From: Chrysomallon squamiferum
Taxonomy: Eukaryota; Animalia; Mollusca
NCBI GenBank assembly: GCA_012295275.1
Contig: CM022669.1
Span: 1,798,001 to 1,862,000, forward strand
Reading direction: 5' to 3'
Length of the DNA: 64,000 nucleotides
The translations under genes were made by a program, and so were the position numbers. Within the stretch, counting starts at the first letter, position 1; each line of letters begins with the position of its first letter. Positions 11,913 to 26,000 of this stretch are shown piece after piece. Under the pieces are notes generated by a model, which had not been told where the DNA came from, made no database searches, and saw only the letters and a program-made list of their open reading frames with translations.

Positions 11913-14900
11913 CATACATACAAACATACATACATATATACATACTTATATATATATACATACAGATAGATACACACATACTTATATACATACACACATA
12001 TATGCATACATATAAAAAATATTTCCATCAAATGAGGGTCATGCAAAATGCTAAATACTATTTCAATCATTCAATAAATCATTGTCCAAATCAACATAAA
12101 GCTAACAGTAACAGGATAAGTTCTTACTCCAGCAGATTTAAGTGCATGTGTGTGAGAACACAGATGCTCAAACTAAACACAGAACTGGAAATCAAAAAGA
12201 TATTTAATAAAGGTCATCGTAGATCACTTCCTCTATGATACAACTACTGAATGATTCCAAAATTTGGAAAATCCAGAAAAACTGCTAAGTTTTTTTAGAC
12301 TGACTACTTTTTAATTTGTTGTGCTGTAGCTTGCCACTGACTGCCTTATTCTGATTTCTATGATATAAGCAATGAACAGTTTAAGTGAGACTGATGCTGT
12401 GCATCACAAACGTTATTATTTTAAACCTGTACAAATGTATTGAACAACTTGTAAGTAAAATTATATTCTTCACTTTTTCTTATTTTCATCTGATAGATTA
12501 TACAAGGTATTGAATTAAGAAGCATATTAATTTGTAACAATCATTTAAATAAAATTATATTCATTCTATACTTTGTATAATTTTTATCCATTTATTACAG
12601 ATTTATTATATCTATACAGGTATTTTAAGAATTTTAATATGTTAATAAAGATCAAACAGACCATCCTAAAGAGCAAACTAATTTACAGCTATTAAATACA
12701 GTTTCTTTCTTTTTTTTTCTTTTTCTGTATTTCATATTTGAAGTACATATTTAGCCTCTATCCAGATATCTGGCAAATCCAGACCACCTCTGGTATCAAG
12801 CTTGCCTTTCAAGAAAGGGTTACAGGTTACATATATTTTCAATTTGTGCATCCCTATGTCATACACATACAGAAACACACACCCACATTCTTAGATGTCT
12901 ATCCATTGTAACAGGGTTTTTGGCCAGTTTCTCATATTTCATATGTATATGTGTCTCTTATGGAAAATTTATTTTTTGATGTAATCTGTATAATCCGTCA
13001 CTGAAAACTTCAGTCAAAAACAATCTATATGTAAAATTATATTTGTTTTAAATATGTCGATAAGAAGTTTCAGCTAACACAGCATGTTACTGTGTTGTTA
13101 AAATAATTCATAATTTCGTAAGCAAAAACATTTTGGTACAAGACATACACAAAAAAAGAATAATGCAAGTATTTTATATCACATTTACTGGAAATAAATG
13201 TCTTAGTTCCATTAATCTTTTTTTATCAGCATAAGCACTATTTGACAGAAGCTGCATCAGCTGACCAAACTAGTAACATAAACATTAACTGGATTGTGTG
13301 TTCTTAGTTAAGCATTATTAAATATCTAACTTCAAAACCTTAACTGTTGTGACCACTAATACAGACTAGATCTTGTTTTAATAACCAACATTCTAATTCC
13401 TACACAGGATTGACTATTTAATCTTATGACTGGTAAAACTGATTAGTGATGTTGATGTACATATCATTCGTGAGTTTACTTCCTTAGCCATTTTTACTTT
13501 CCCCAAAAAAAAACACAAATCAGAAAAAAATACCATTTTCCAAGCACACGCATGCGTGCACACACGCACACACACACACACACTCACATGTAAGCTGATT
13601 TGAATTGTCTATAAATTACCTGTAAATGTGATACTTTTTTGGTCTGTACAAACTTGCCAATTAACTACACCATCCTCAAAAGTAGTACTTTGAGCCTTTA
13701 GTTGCAACCAGCCAATCTTCAGATCTGTATCTAAATAAACCAAACAATTAAATATTAATAATTAACCAACAAAATAATGCCTAAAAAAATTACTATAATT
13801 AGCTCCTAAATGACACAGTTCAGAGGTAAAACAGAGCATTTTTGTGGCTATTTATAGAGTTGGTTACTTAATCTCCAATCATGTAACAAGATGGTGAGAG
13901 GCAGCTGTCTCTGTAGTACTCGTCTGCAGACACAAAGTACGTATACATGAATGAATGGCATTAGATTTGGTTTGTCATAAAAAAAAAAAAATCAAATGTT
14001 TCTCGAAGAAAACCTATTAATCATCTTCATACCAGTTTGATTTGTGAAAAATTTGGCAACATTATTTTTAACATTATTTTTGTTTGTGATTTATATATTC
14101 AGTACTTGCTGTTTATAAAACTATATGTAATAGATGCAGAAGATAAATAATTTTGTTCTTCACCAATGATTGATTAATAAATATAATTTGATGGAAATAA
14201 AGGATGTTTGCCTGCTGGTTACAAAATATGATGTTCACATGATTGCAGGACAAAACAAAGGCAAAAATGTACTGACTCTCCCAGTTTCTTAATGTACAGA
14301 TACAATAAACACCAACATTTTTTTTTTTTTTTTAATATAAATTTTTGTTTTTGAAAATTAAAAAATACAAACATAAGAAGTAGTTTTCACCCATGTTGCA
14401 CTCTCACATGAACCTTGTGAGTATACTATTTTTTTTATCTTTTATCTAGCTGCAGTTATGGCAAACATATCTAACTGATTAATCTCGCAAATATGACTAA
14501 ATTATTTGGGGTAAAGTAACCATACATTTTATTTGCATATTGAAAAGACTGACACTGTTTAAGTGTATAAACATATAATCATTCACTGCTTGTAGTTTAT
14601 ATTTTAAAATAAAACTGATTCTTATTTTCTTTTCTTTTTTTTAAATAATATTTAAAAAGCAACATCTTACATATATATATATATATATATTACACAAGAT
14701 TTTCGTCTTTTGTTTTTGTATATTAACTAACTTTCATTGCCAGTAAGTTATGTTGTGCTTTAGTTCATAACATCAGATATCTTTTTCTTTATTATAACTA
14801 ACTTTGTTAGTTAACTGTTTGGACCAGTATTGTCTAGTGAAAATCATTTCATCCATTTGATAATGATAGTGATATGATAGTGATATGATCAAAAGCTGTT

Positions 14901-17663
14901 AATACTAAATACTGCATATATAGCAACATAAAATGACTGAGTAATGACAAAAGATAACAATCCTATATATAAGATGATTGTTCTTCAAAATTTTAGGATA
15001 CTTAATATTCTTTTTATACATTATAAAATATAAACAGCATCAGATTGTTTCAAATTACATAATTCAAACAGATGTAACTTTTCCAAACATAAAAATGAGA
15101 TTTCAAAAACAGGTATTTTTCACCAGAAATAAAAATAATTCAGTGTCAGTTGTCCATCTCAGGTTTTAAAAATTATGATTGCGTGGTATTTTTTGAATGC
15201 TTGCTTGATGATATACTGTAACAATGTTCTATTAGATATAAAGTTTTCTGAGTTTAGTTTTATCTTTATTTTGTTATTTAAAAATATGCACCTGTTCCAA
15301 AAAACAAATATGGTCAAAAAGAAAAAATATCTATACTGAATGCAATAATTATTTTCAGAAAGTTGAAAGAATTTCATTATCTACTGATATAGTAACAAAA
15401 TTCTGATTAGATATATTCACCAGTAAAATCAAATTTCCAAGATATTAATGCATGTGTGGATGATGAATCTTCATGTCGGGCAAGATAAACCATTTTCCAG
15501 TCACGTTCTTCTTTTCTTGTTAAATTTTTGGCTTCACTGACATATGTTCTCCATCCATAGACCAGAAGATCACCAGATGACTTCCGGCAGTAGACATCCT
15601 TGGCACAGCTGTAAGAAACATGAAAATATTCACTCTTCTTTTCTTCTTCTGTCAGTGTGAAAGTAAAAGGCAATGTATCTGATGTTGCAAAAACAGAAGC
15701 ACCAGCTTCACCTCGCGATTCCCTCCAGGCTAAAGACCCAGAAATCCTTCCAGAAAGATTTTGACTATCAGCAGACTTTATGGTAATAAATTCAACAAAT
15801 TCAGTGACCAGCCTAAGCAGAAGTTCATTTTTTCTCTCCTCAGAAACAGACTGGACTTTCTGCTTCCAAATCTGATGAATGGTGTGAAGCAACCAGTGTT
15901 CTCGACACTCAGTTCTTCTCAGAAGAACTTGATCATGTTTTGAGGTGTATCTCCATGTTACATCCTGAACCTCGTCTTTGGAAAATGCCAAAATATATGA
16001 CAGTTTCTTCTTCCAGCCTGCCTCATACAGCAATGGCTTATCACAAACATTTTCACATGGATCGCAATGCAACCAGCGATTCTGGGACCTGGAAAAAACT
16101 TCTGTCCATACATGATCAGTCCAGTCAAGTACAAATCTTGCCTCAAACCCAACAGCTCTACAACATAAAGTGAAACAATTGGCCCATTCCCCACAGCGTC
16201 CTTGCCGAGTCTCCAAAAGCTTTCCTGGATGGTTATATCTAGGAAAGCGTGAAAATGCCTGACAAGAAGAGCATTTATAATTTTCAACTCTAGCTGCACC
16301 CCACAGTTCTTCTGCTGGAGTGGGAGCTACCCCACCAATAAGAGATGTGTTTGCACCACAATTATCACATTGTGGAGCATCAACCCATTTGAAGAATGAT
16401 ATTTTAAACCAGTTCAGAAGTGCTAATAACAGAAAGTCTTGACCATTATACAGAGGTTGTTTAGCATTGTTATTTGAATGTTTATATATCCTCAGCTGAA
16501 TCTCTGCTTCATGTTGAAGATGTGCGACTGGTATTATTTCTTGTGCTTTCCTCTGCAGGCGTGTATCTTCATAAAGCAAAACATGTGACAAATTAGTCTG
16601 GATTTTTTTGAAGAAAGCTGCCTCTGATACCTGAAAGTGGTAATACAAATATTTTTGTATTAAATTAAAACAATATTACTCTTTTTTCTTCTTCGTTTTA
16701 TAAAATAAGTTGTTATATAATTCCATATAGAGAACAAAAAATTATTCTTAAATTTCCATAATACTTAAAAGTGTGCTTTCTTAACAGAAAAAGAAATGTT
16801 TAAATTAGTATATTCATTCTTTACCTCTAATAACTGTAGTTTTTAGAAGTAAAGAATGAAGGCCAATCAACTGAAAAATCTGAAACAAACCATTCAAATC
16901 AAAATGTTAATAAAAATTAAATAATTATAAATAATACTCATAAATAATACTAAAGATTATTGATGAAAAAAAATGAAAAAAACCTGGTAATTATAGCTTG
17001 ATGATGTTTGACTAGCCTGGGATATTAAACTAGTAGTTGGAATATGTCTGGGAATATCCTCATTGGTAACTGTCTGTCTTGGTTTACCACCTCCAGATGT
17101 TTCTAGTAATGTTGTTTCAACTCCAAGTTGTTTGCGCTGTTTAAGAAGCTCCTCATAAATATTTTGAAGTTTACTAAGCTGTGAAGTAGGTGGCATTGTT
17201 AGGAAGTCACCATCCTGAAAATAAGAAAATATCTATTTGATATCCTCATTTTATTCAGTACAAAAACACTTTTAAATCTTTGTGTAAATGAACAATAAAG
17301 GATATTTATGCCAAAGATAATTTGATTTTTAATTTTACCTCATGTAACTCTTGTAATGATCTAATATAAAATTTAAAGTGCTAAAAATACTTCACATTTA
17401 GTAATGATTTACACAAATATGCAAAATAGTTTGTTTCTGTTCTTTGTGGGGGGGGATCTCTGGTTTGATATGCATCAAATATGAATTAAATAGTAAAATA
17501 CCGTTATAATAATTTTGAATTAACTTTTCAAACTTACTGTGCAATCCATTGTAATGTAATTTTATGTTCATCTGGGTCAGTCCGGTACCATGATAACAAA
17601 TATTTATGCCCTGATTTCCACATAACTTTATAAATTCGTGAAATTAATCCAAACATTTACGTT

Positions 17664-17707
<44 letters not shown>

Positions 17708-17986
17708 GTAAAACGAAGTGGTACAAGAAACAACGGAACACTCTATAATTTTTTTTTTTTTTTTACTAACCTCGAGAAATCCCATTTCAAACAAACATTC
17801 TAAAGCTCCGGGGACAGGCAATAGTTTTGTTTGTACAACTGGATTGCCAACTCTTATTTTCCTGAATTTGTGATCGTTTGGATTTTTCAAAATATTGCTG
17901 GCAAATTTTAACAATATTTCTGACGCTTCTAGAAAAGTATCCTTTGAATTTTCCGTTAGAAGTTGCTGCACAGATTCAACAGCCAT
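10706..17986 (-). CDS. NGLY1: Peptide-N4-(N-acetyl-beta-glucosaminyl)asparagine amidase (cytosolic PNGase/NGLY1), 5 coding exons, 646 aa
   Basis: Exons 17986-17771, 17214-16984, 16630-15421, 13730-13620, 10878-10706; all GT-AG, phases compatible, total 1941 nt. PUB domain ([22 protein letters not shown]...LFEMGF), Zn-binding CDNC/CSSC pairs, transglutaminase-like catalytic motifs RCGEWAN, DHVWTE and HCDPCE, C-terminal PAW domain ([13 protein letters not shown]...[16 protein letters not shown]). Confidence 0.96.
11220..11817. mobile_element. Non-autonomous DNA transposon (MITE), Sola2-like, in NGLY1 intron 4
   Basis: Roughly 100-bp TIRs beginning GGGTCATTCCGTGTCAAATCACCC and including TTGGTATACTTGTTGACTGGGATCCCACAGCACCA; 4-bp TSD CAAA at 11216-11219 and 11818-11821. 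GGG..CCC ends plus a 4-bp TSD suggest Sola2 (family call is inference). Confidence 0.85.
11856..12012. repeat. (TACA)n microsatellite decaying into TA/CA mix
   Basis: catacatacatacata... run; source of the HTYI-repeat ORF 11843-12238. Confidence 0.9.
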
Positions 17987-18976
17987 ATCCGAAGTCGACA
18001 ACTTCGAAAACAGAAAATCCAAAAATAGAAATAGTGTTTCACTCTTTATAATAATTATATCTTAACTAAAGAACTGTTATATAAATCAGTATATATGTTT
18101 TGAAAAAAAAATGTTAATGCATTTATTATATTAAAAACATTTTTTTTTTTTTCTTTAAAAATAAATAAATAAATAAAAATAAAAAGCTAAATAGTTCTAC
18201 TCAATCCTATATCCCATCTCTTTTCCGCTTAATCAGTGATCTGCCCATAAAATAGCAATACTAATGGCCTCTAGGGGCGCTGCTATCACTTTTTTCAGAA
18301 ATGTCCAAGTCCTAACCTAAGGATGTTACGCTAATTTACTATACGTTTAAAAAGACAAAACTGAGATCAAATATCAGTTTATTTTGTTAGGGGAATTTTT
18401 TTATAATGAAGTAATTGAAAATCTGAAAATAAAGTGAAACAGGGAAATAGATAAAAATTACAACTGAATGGTTGAACAAAATTGTAAAAAATAAAAACGG
18501 TCTATTACAATTTACACTGAATAGATTATTTAAATGGAACATTTAGTCCTATCTTCTTTCAAACTGTGCCATTTATTTGACTAATAACCTCCATATGTAT
18601 TGCTTAATAACCATTTAAAGTGTAACAGTATTGCTAATCTATGAAAAATAACCCCTCTGGAAAGACAATACTAAATGTCTGCAGATGTAAACATCAAAAT
18701 AATCGAAAAATTATCTATTCACGAAAGACAACTCTTGCTCAGGGATGATCTCGCGTTCATATATCAATCGATTGTAATTTGTTATATTTTTATTATTATT
18801 TAATTAAATAGATCTTGACGACCTAAATATTTTCATTCACGGGAAGAAGAAATTTATCAAAAAACACACAAGAAAACAATGTTACTGAAACATCAATAAA
18901 ACCTAGACCGGAAACTAGAGCCTCGATTTCATGTGATATTTTTATTAATAAAAGTTTGTTCTAAAAGTGAAAGAAA
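17987..18976. promoter_or_regulatory. Probable shared/bidirectional promoter of NGLY1 and CCDC112
   Basis: Divergent start codons 990 bp apart; locally CpG-retaining; motifs TGGCCTCTAGGGGCGCTG (18265-18282), palindrome CAATCGATTG (18765-18774), ETS-like ACCGGAAA (18907-18914). Confidence 0.55.
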
Positions 18977-20041
18977 ATGGCTTCGAACGCGAAGCAGGTG
19001 ATACAGAAAATAATTGTATATGCATCCTTATCGTTATTTAATATAATTTACTTTATCCACACATTGGATTGTTACAGACGAAATATGAAAAATAAAAATT
19101 CATTGTATCGGTTTTTAGGAATTCTAAGTATCATACTTTATGTTATTTTGTAGAGGAGTAATTTGCAATATATTGATAATTGAATATTACTGAAACTCTC
19201 ACTGTTTAACTGTATCTGGCAGTAAGCTTTGCCGATGTAATATAGTACTTAAGAGGATAGAATTCCAACACTTACAGTTAGTGTTACACTGATGAAACAT
19301 AAAATAAACACTTTATTTGATTTAAATATAAATCAACCAAATTTATTAAATTCTTTTCTTTGATATGATGCTCCCCCATTTACATGCCTGGTGCCACTGC
19401 CCCATTGCCCCCCATCTGCATGCCACTGGATCTAGCCCAGTTGAAATTCTCATAATTTCAGTTTTGGATAGGGCAGAATCCGTATACATTTTATGTTGAA
19501 CTAGGTGGTGTATAAAAATGATTATATTGTTAAAATTACTGCCATTCATGTTCTCTGTTTTTAAAATAAAATATATCAAAATTTTGAAAATAAATTTAAG
19601 AGGCCATTGCTGTCAAACAGATTTTCACTTGACAGTAGTGCTACAAACAGTTAATTAACATGAGTTGTAATAAAGAAAATGGATGTTTGATGTTATAATT
19701 TAAAGCAAAACATAACTAATAATTATGGAGATTATAACTGGTGTACACTGATGCAATGACTACAGTCTAAAAGACGAAACTAATTAAAATTTTAATAATA
19801 TACTTTAATGCGTTTTAATGATATAAGCATTTAAAACAGCATCTATCTGCATATAAATGTACATTGATTTCACTCATGAGACAAGGTGAATTTATTGCAA
19901 TTTTACCTGTGCTGAGAATTCCTGGGCATTTTCACTTGTTAATGAAGGGGATCAGTAACTATTTTTTTGAGCAGACAAATTAGATAATTTATATAATAAT
20001 TATTATTATTAATTAATATTATTTTTACTATTTGTATTTAT

Positions 20042-20082
<41 letters not shown>

Positions 20083-23000
20083 TGTTTGTTTTAAATTTAT
20101 TTATTTATTTTTTGTTGTTTAATTCTGTTTATTTTATTTTATCACTGTTTATTTTTTTTTAAATGCTATTTTAGGCCGAAAACACAGTTTCACTGAAACA
20201 CCAGAATGATCCAACTAAAAAGGCAGAAACTCTTAGAGAAATACAGAAACTGGCTGTGCAGTATGTGATTTTATTTTATTATTTTATTTTATTTTATTTT
20301 GTTTTTGTAAAACTGAACATAATGTTCATAATTCTGTTTATTCCATTGTTTTATTTTCATTCATTAATATGTAAAACATTTTTGCTTATGAAAATTGTTC
20401 TGTTCAGCTATTTTGTTAATTTCCTTAAGATAATATGAGCTAAACTTAGTTTCTAATATCTGATTGCTGATTGAATATTTCTAATTCATAAATGTTTCAG
20501 AATACAAGCCTTGGAGAGTGAAAAAGGAACACACATGTATTGCAAAAGGAATGATTTTTATGCAGATTTTAGACAGCTGGAAGAGACTGATGTTAAGCAG
20601 ACTGCAGGGAGGAAAACAGAAGGTAACTTTTATTAGCGAGTTCAAGAAACCCATTACAGAATAGCAATGAACCAGCTCATCTGACCTCTGTATTGCATAT
20701 GTAGAACATTCATAAAATTGCAAGCATGATAAAATCATTTAGATTATGTAGAATTTTATTATAATGTGTTTTTATGGATATTTTAAGCAACTTGTAAAAT
20801 CTTAAAGCAACTCTTTCTTCAGTGTAAGAAAAAACATGCTCATTCTGCTCCTGACCATTTCCCTGCAAGGCGTATTTTTCTGATATTGAAAATATTCATA
20901 GAGATCAATGGGTTAATTGATTTAAAACAATTTGTATACCATTTTTAGCTCTTTACAATATGGTATTTTCTAAATTCCCTGCCTTCATAGAAATAAAAAA
21001 CATATTGACATGTAGTGTATTCTGGTAGTTACAGTTTATATGTACTTTCTTTTCAAACAATGATGATATCTGATGAGAGAATAATATATATTTTTGACTT
21101 TAAATAACATCAGATACAATTTTCAATACCACTTACATGAATATTGAATTAAAAAAATTAAAGACCTGATAAACAAAACTTTTTGATCAGTTAATGGTCT
21201 TATAATTTATATGGTATATAGGTAATATTAGTTAAAAATGTAACCATTTCAGTTTGATGAGAAAATGAAAATACAACTAATTTAATATTTTATTATATTT
21301 ATTACAAAGAATGGTCATTTGTTTACTAATTAGCATCATAATGTTAATGCTGTTCTACCACATCCTATTAAATTGTTAATTAATCTTATTTATTTGAAGG
21401 CATAAAATTAAGACAACAGTTAGACAAGATCAGCCATATGGTAAAGAGATTTCATCAAGAACTTAAGGACGTGAAACCTACACCAGAATGTAAGAAACAT
21501 TTAAAATTATTTTTTTTTATAGATATTAAGTATCATGTGTAAGCATTTGATGAATCAAATTATTTGTGTCTTAACTGCTATTCTTTTGTCAAACAGAACA
21601 GGACTGTAAAGTTCAGTGGGTATTTGTTATTACATAAGAGATATAACAAAGACTTCGATTTATGCTGTCCTGTCTTTGTGATTGTACATATGAAAGATAT
21701 ATTATTTCTAATCAAAAAGAGTAGCCTATAAAACAATAATCTGCTTATAACCCTACTGACCTTTATCCATATGTCGTATGCCAAGCAACTATAAACACAA
21801 TTAAATTAAATATTTGCCCATGAAACAGTGTGTATAATTTATATATCTGTGAAAATAGCCATGATTACTACAATATATCAACAGTGAAACTCTTTTAAAC
21901 CAAACTCCCTTGTGACTAAAATTATTATTTTAGAAATAGCTTCTGCAAGTGTACAAAGATTTTGACAGTTCATTGGGACGGTCTGTTCAGGCAATATACC
22001 ATGCTTGTTTTTTATTGTTCAGTTTTCAGGGAACAATTTGTATTAAATAAACACAATAGAACCTTATAATGTGTTTGGAATTCAGAGTAAATGGTTTTCT
22101 GTTGTTATTTTCAGTGGTTAAAGCTGTATAAATCATTGGGACAAGAATAGTTTACAGATGGTTAGGTTTTTGAAGACTTTCACTGTTTAAGACTATCAGA
22201 AAAGTATTCTTTATATTTATTTTTGACAGTTGTGGAGAAGCTGAAAATGGTAATGGAAGACATAGAATCTACAATAAACAGTTTCAAGCAACAGCAGAGG
22301 TCCAAGTGAGTAATCAATGACTATTTTATACTCTTGAAATATCTTCCCTGGATAAATATACAATAAACAGTGGTTGGTTTTTTAACTTTTGTAAATGAAT
22401 TTATTTTCTAAAACAGGCAATAAATAACTTTCCAAAATTAAACTGGTTGTTTTTATATAAAGGTTTTGCATTTTCCTTATTTTATTTTTTGTTATTTAAG
22501 TTCTTGATGAAATCTCTTTACCATATGGCTGATCTTGTCTAACTGTTTTCTTAATTTTATGCCTTCAAATAAATAGGATTAATTAACAATTTAATAGGAT
22601 GTAGTAGAACAGCATTAACATTATGATGCTAATTAGTAAAAAAAAAATTATTTAAGATATGAAGAATTAATGAAAGAAGAAAGGACTACATCTCAAGAAC
22701 TTCAGGCTTTGGAGAAACGTTTTGAAACATGGAATCAGGTGACTGACCATCTCTCATCTTCAAGAGCAACTGCTACAAAACCTTTAACCAGTGCAAGAGA
22801 CATTACTAAGGACCTTCCACCTGAAGTAGCACAATTTGAGGTTAGTAAAAATACCAATTTTTTTTAAAGCTTTGCAAGTCAGAATCTTAACATTACTAAT
22901 TAATTTGTCTTGAAATTTTTTTTAATGAAATACAAATAAAAACCTTTTTTTGTTTCTGCTGGATGTTTAAAATCTTATTATTATTTCAGCACTCAACACT

Positions 23001-26000
23001 GAGCAACACCTTAATTGCTTTTATTAGAAGTTTCTAACTTATTGAAAAGACAGGAAATTCATAAAATATTGTACATTAAATTTTCATTATTTTTATTAAT
23101 TTATATCAGCTTAACATGTAGGTGATAAGAAGAATTTATCTACATTTTGAGGTTATGCTAATACAGATAGATGATGTGTGCACAGAGAGGACTCTGTGAA
23201 AATTGGCCTTTGACTAATCTGTGTGTAAACCGGCATCATTTCAAAGTGCCATCTATCTACTGTTAATCTATTTTAAACAAAACCCTGTCTAATTCTGATG
23301 CCATCTACTTTATATTGCGATTGTAAATTTCAGAACAAAAACAAATTTATATAGTAATTAGCTATGTCAACATTCGTACACAGTTTTTCAAGTGTGATCA
23401 TTTCTTAAACAAAGATATCAATTTGCACATAATACCTCCTGAGATGAAATGAACGTGCTTCTTTGAAGACTTAAGAAACAGTGATGCCATGCTTCTCGTA
23501 ATTACCATCTACAGCTAGATAAACAAGATTATTTATTAGTGTATTTTCATTAGTGTAAGTGAAATTAATAGAAAATGTTTCCTAATATTCACTGTGTAAA
23601 CAGAAAGATTAGCTATGCAATTTAAAAGGTAGTGACCATTATACGCAATTGTATAAAATTAAAAAATCTGAAAGTCTTGACAAAAACTTACATACACTGA
23701 CTAAATTTTGACTGAACTTTTGTACACTGGCCTTTTTAAAATAATAAAACAAATTAACCCTTTTGCAGCTACTGCCAATAGCAGACTTGTAACCACTGTT
23801 AAACATGGAGACCAAGACAGAGATGTTTGTTTTGGAGAGAAATTTGACAAACAATTTCTCATCTGACCTGTAATAGACATAAAGCAGTACTTTGTCTGAA
23901 ATGGCATATCTCAGTGGTCCAAGTGAATCTGGTTTTGTCAGAATTCACTCTGTATACATATCATTTGTTAATGCTTTTTTTATGTTTCAGAAATTTCTTC
24001 AGCAAAGTGGTGGTATTAGAGGAGGTTGGGATGAATATGATCATCAAACATACCTGAAGTTTCGTAATCGATACAAGGTAGTTTACTGCTTATCTATGCT
24101 GACATTCTACAAACTCTGATGATGACAGATTATTTCAACTGGTTTATTTTATATTACAGCACATGCACAAACACAGACATTTATTTGGATAATGTTTTCT
24201 TAATTGCACTTTAATATTTTAATGTTTTGTATTAAACTTTAAAGTGATAAAGATGATATGTTTCTTCAAATTTTGAAAATGTAACAGAAGTTTTAAATAT
24301 ATAATTGAATATTTTATATAGGGAAAGATTGTATTCATTGATCACCTGAAGTATGCACTGCCAACAAAAACCGAAGAGGAAATACATCAACATGAAACAT
24401 GGTATGAAGAATATCTCTTCTTGAATGATGTAAAAAAAGATGGCATAAGAAAATGGAGAATGCAGAAAGAGGTACCATTCATTAAATTTGTTTTGTTGAT
24501 CTATATTAGTAAAATCTAGTAACTTACACTGACTTTTCAGAGAAAAATGGGAATAATAAATATATGTTGTCAGTGTATAGCAGTAGGTATTTTCTTCAAA
24601 ATGTTTGGTGGAAAATATTGTCAGTGTTTATTGCAGAATTTAAAATTGGCCTAATTGTTCATGTTTGTTTCCCTTTTACAATTATTAAATCACATTTATT
24701 TTACAGCCACAGTGGTAATGAACAGTGCAACTCAGGAAGAGTTTAATCATTATTAAATATTAGAGATATTATAAATAATTTGTTCAAAGATGTGTTAGAA
24801 GCCAAAATTAATTCTCATTCTCATGAAAATATACGGAAATGAAATAGATCCTCAGATTGATACTGTAACTTTCTATGGGAGAAATGTATGAAAAAGAAAA
24901 ATGATTTGTTTGGGCTAGTTATGTATTCAACTCATTTTGTGTCATTTTCTATTTCTAGGAGGAAAAAGAAGTAGCAATTATTCGTGGACAGGAGAATGTG
25001 GAACTGGTCATTCAGAAAGATGACCAGTCTGTATTAGATGAAAAGGCACAAGCAGAAAGACATGAGAAATTGGTTAAACTAAATGCTTGGAAGGTATATT
25101 ATTTACATAGATTAGATAGGTTGTAATAAATAATTGCTTCTTTGATTTGATCTATAAAAAGATTTCTTCTTTATTACAAATTATTCACCATATTTATACT
25201 GTTCACTTTTTTAACTCAAAATTATTGACTCTGTGATATTTTCAACTGAAAATAATACTCTCATACACACAACAGTGTCACTGTGATATTGATTAGAACA
25301 TGGCCGTTTCTCACTAACTCAGTACTACACAGAATGAAACAGCTACAAACACAATTGTAGTTCAAGGGTGTGGGCAATAGTTTAACTTAATTCATATGAT
25401 AAATTCGAAATCAGTAAATAAATGGATATATTGCAAGATTCTGTTAGATTGTAACTTGTTGCAAGTATTAACTACAGGTTCATTTTTCAGGTTCAAAAAG
25501 AACTGGAAAAAGCTCAGGAGGCAGAGAGGAAGCTAAGAGAAGAGATTGCTAGAAAGAAGAAGAAAGAAGAGGAGAAGAAAAAAAAGGTTGTTTTTATAAT
25601 TAATTAATTATGAAAAAATATAAATTGTTTGGACTGGTTAGTACATAGAAGTGATGTTGGATGAAAATGAAATAGTCATCTGGCATAAAGTTGATTTTCT
25701 TCACATATATTAGTTCCAAATTAGTATTATTCTTTTTATTTTATTTTCAGTTGGCAGTATTATTTTTGCTAATACTACATCAGGATTTTTTTGTGTTTTT
25801 TTTAAACTTTTGTTTAAATGATAAAATTATGATTATTATTATTTACTAGCTGGCTATAAAAGCACTGGTAGAAGAAAACAGAAGACAACGAGAGGAGGAA
25901 GAAGAATTTCTTAAAAGACAAAAAGAACTGTGGGAAGAAGAAGAAGCTGAAAAAAAACGACAAATTTCTGCAAGAGAAATTGCAAAATTTAGAGAAAGAG

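Noticed and set aside
11843-12238. 131-aa ORF with HTYI repeats
   Set aside because: Product of the (TACA)n microsatellite.
15761-16299. Antisense and alternate-frame ORFs over the large NGLY1 exon
   Set aside because: Shadow ORFs expected over a higher-GC coding exon; no independent support.
19365-19430. GC-rich GCCCCATTGCCCCCC...GCCACTG segment in CCDC112 intron 1
   Set aside because: Looks like one end of a hAT-type MITE; no matching opposite end or TSD found.
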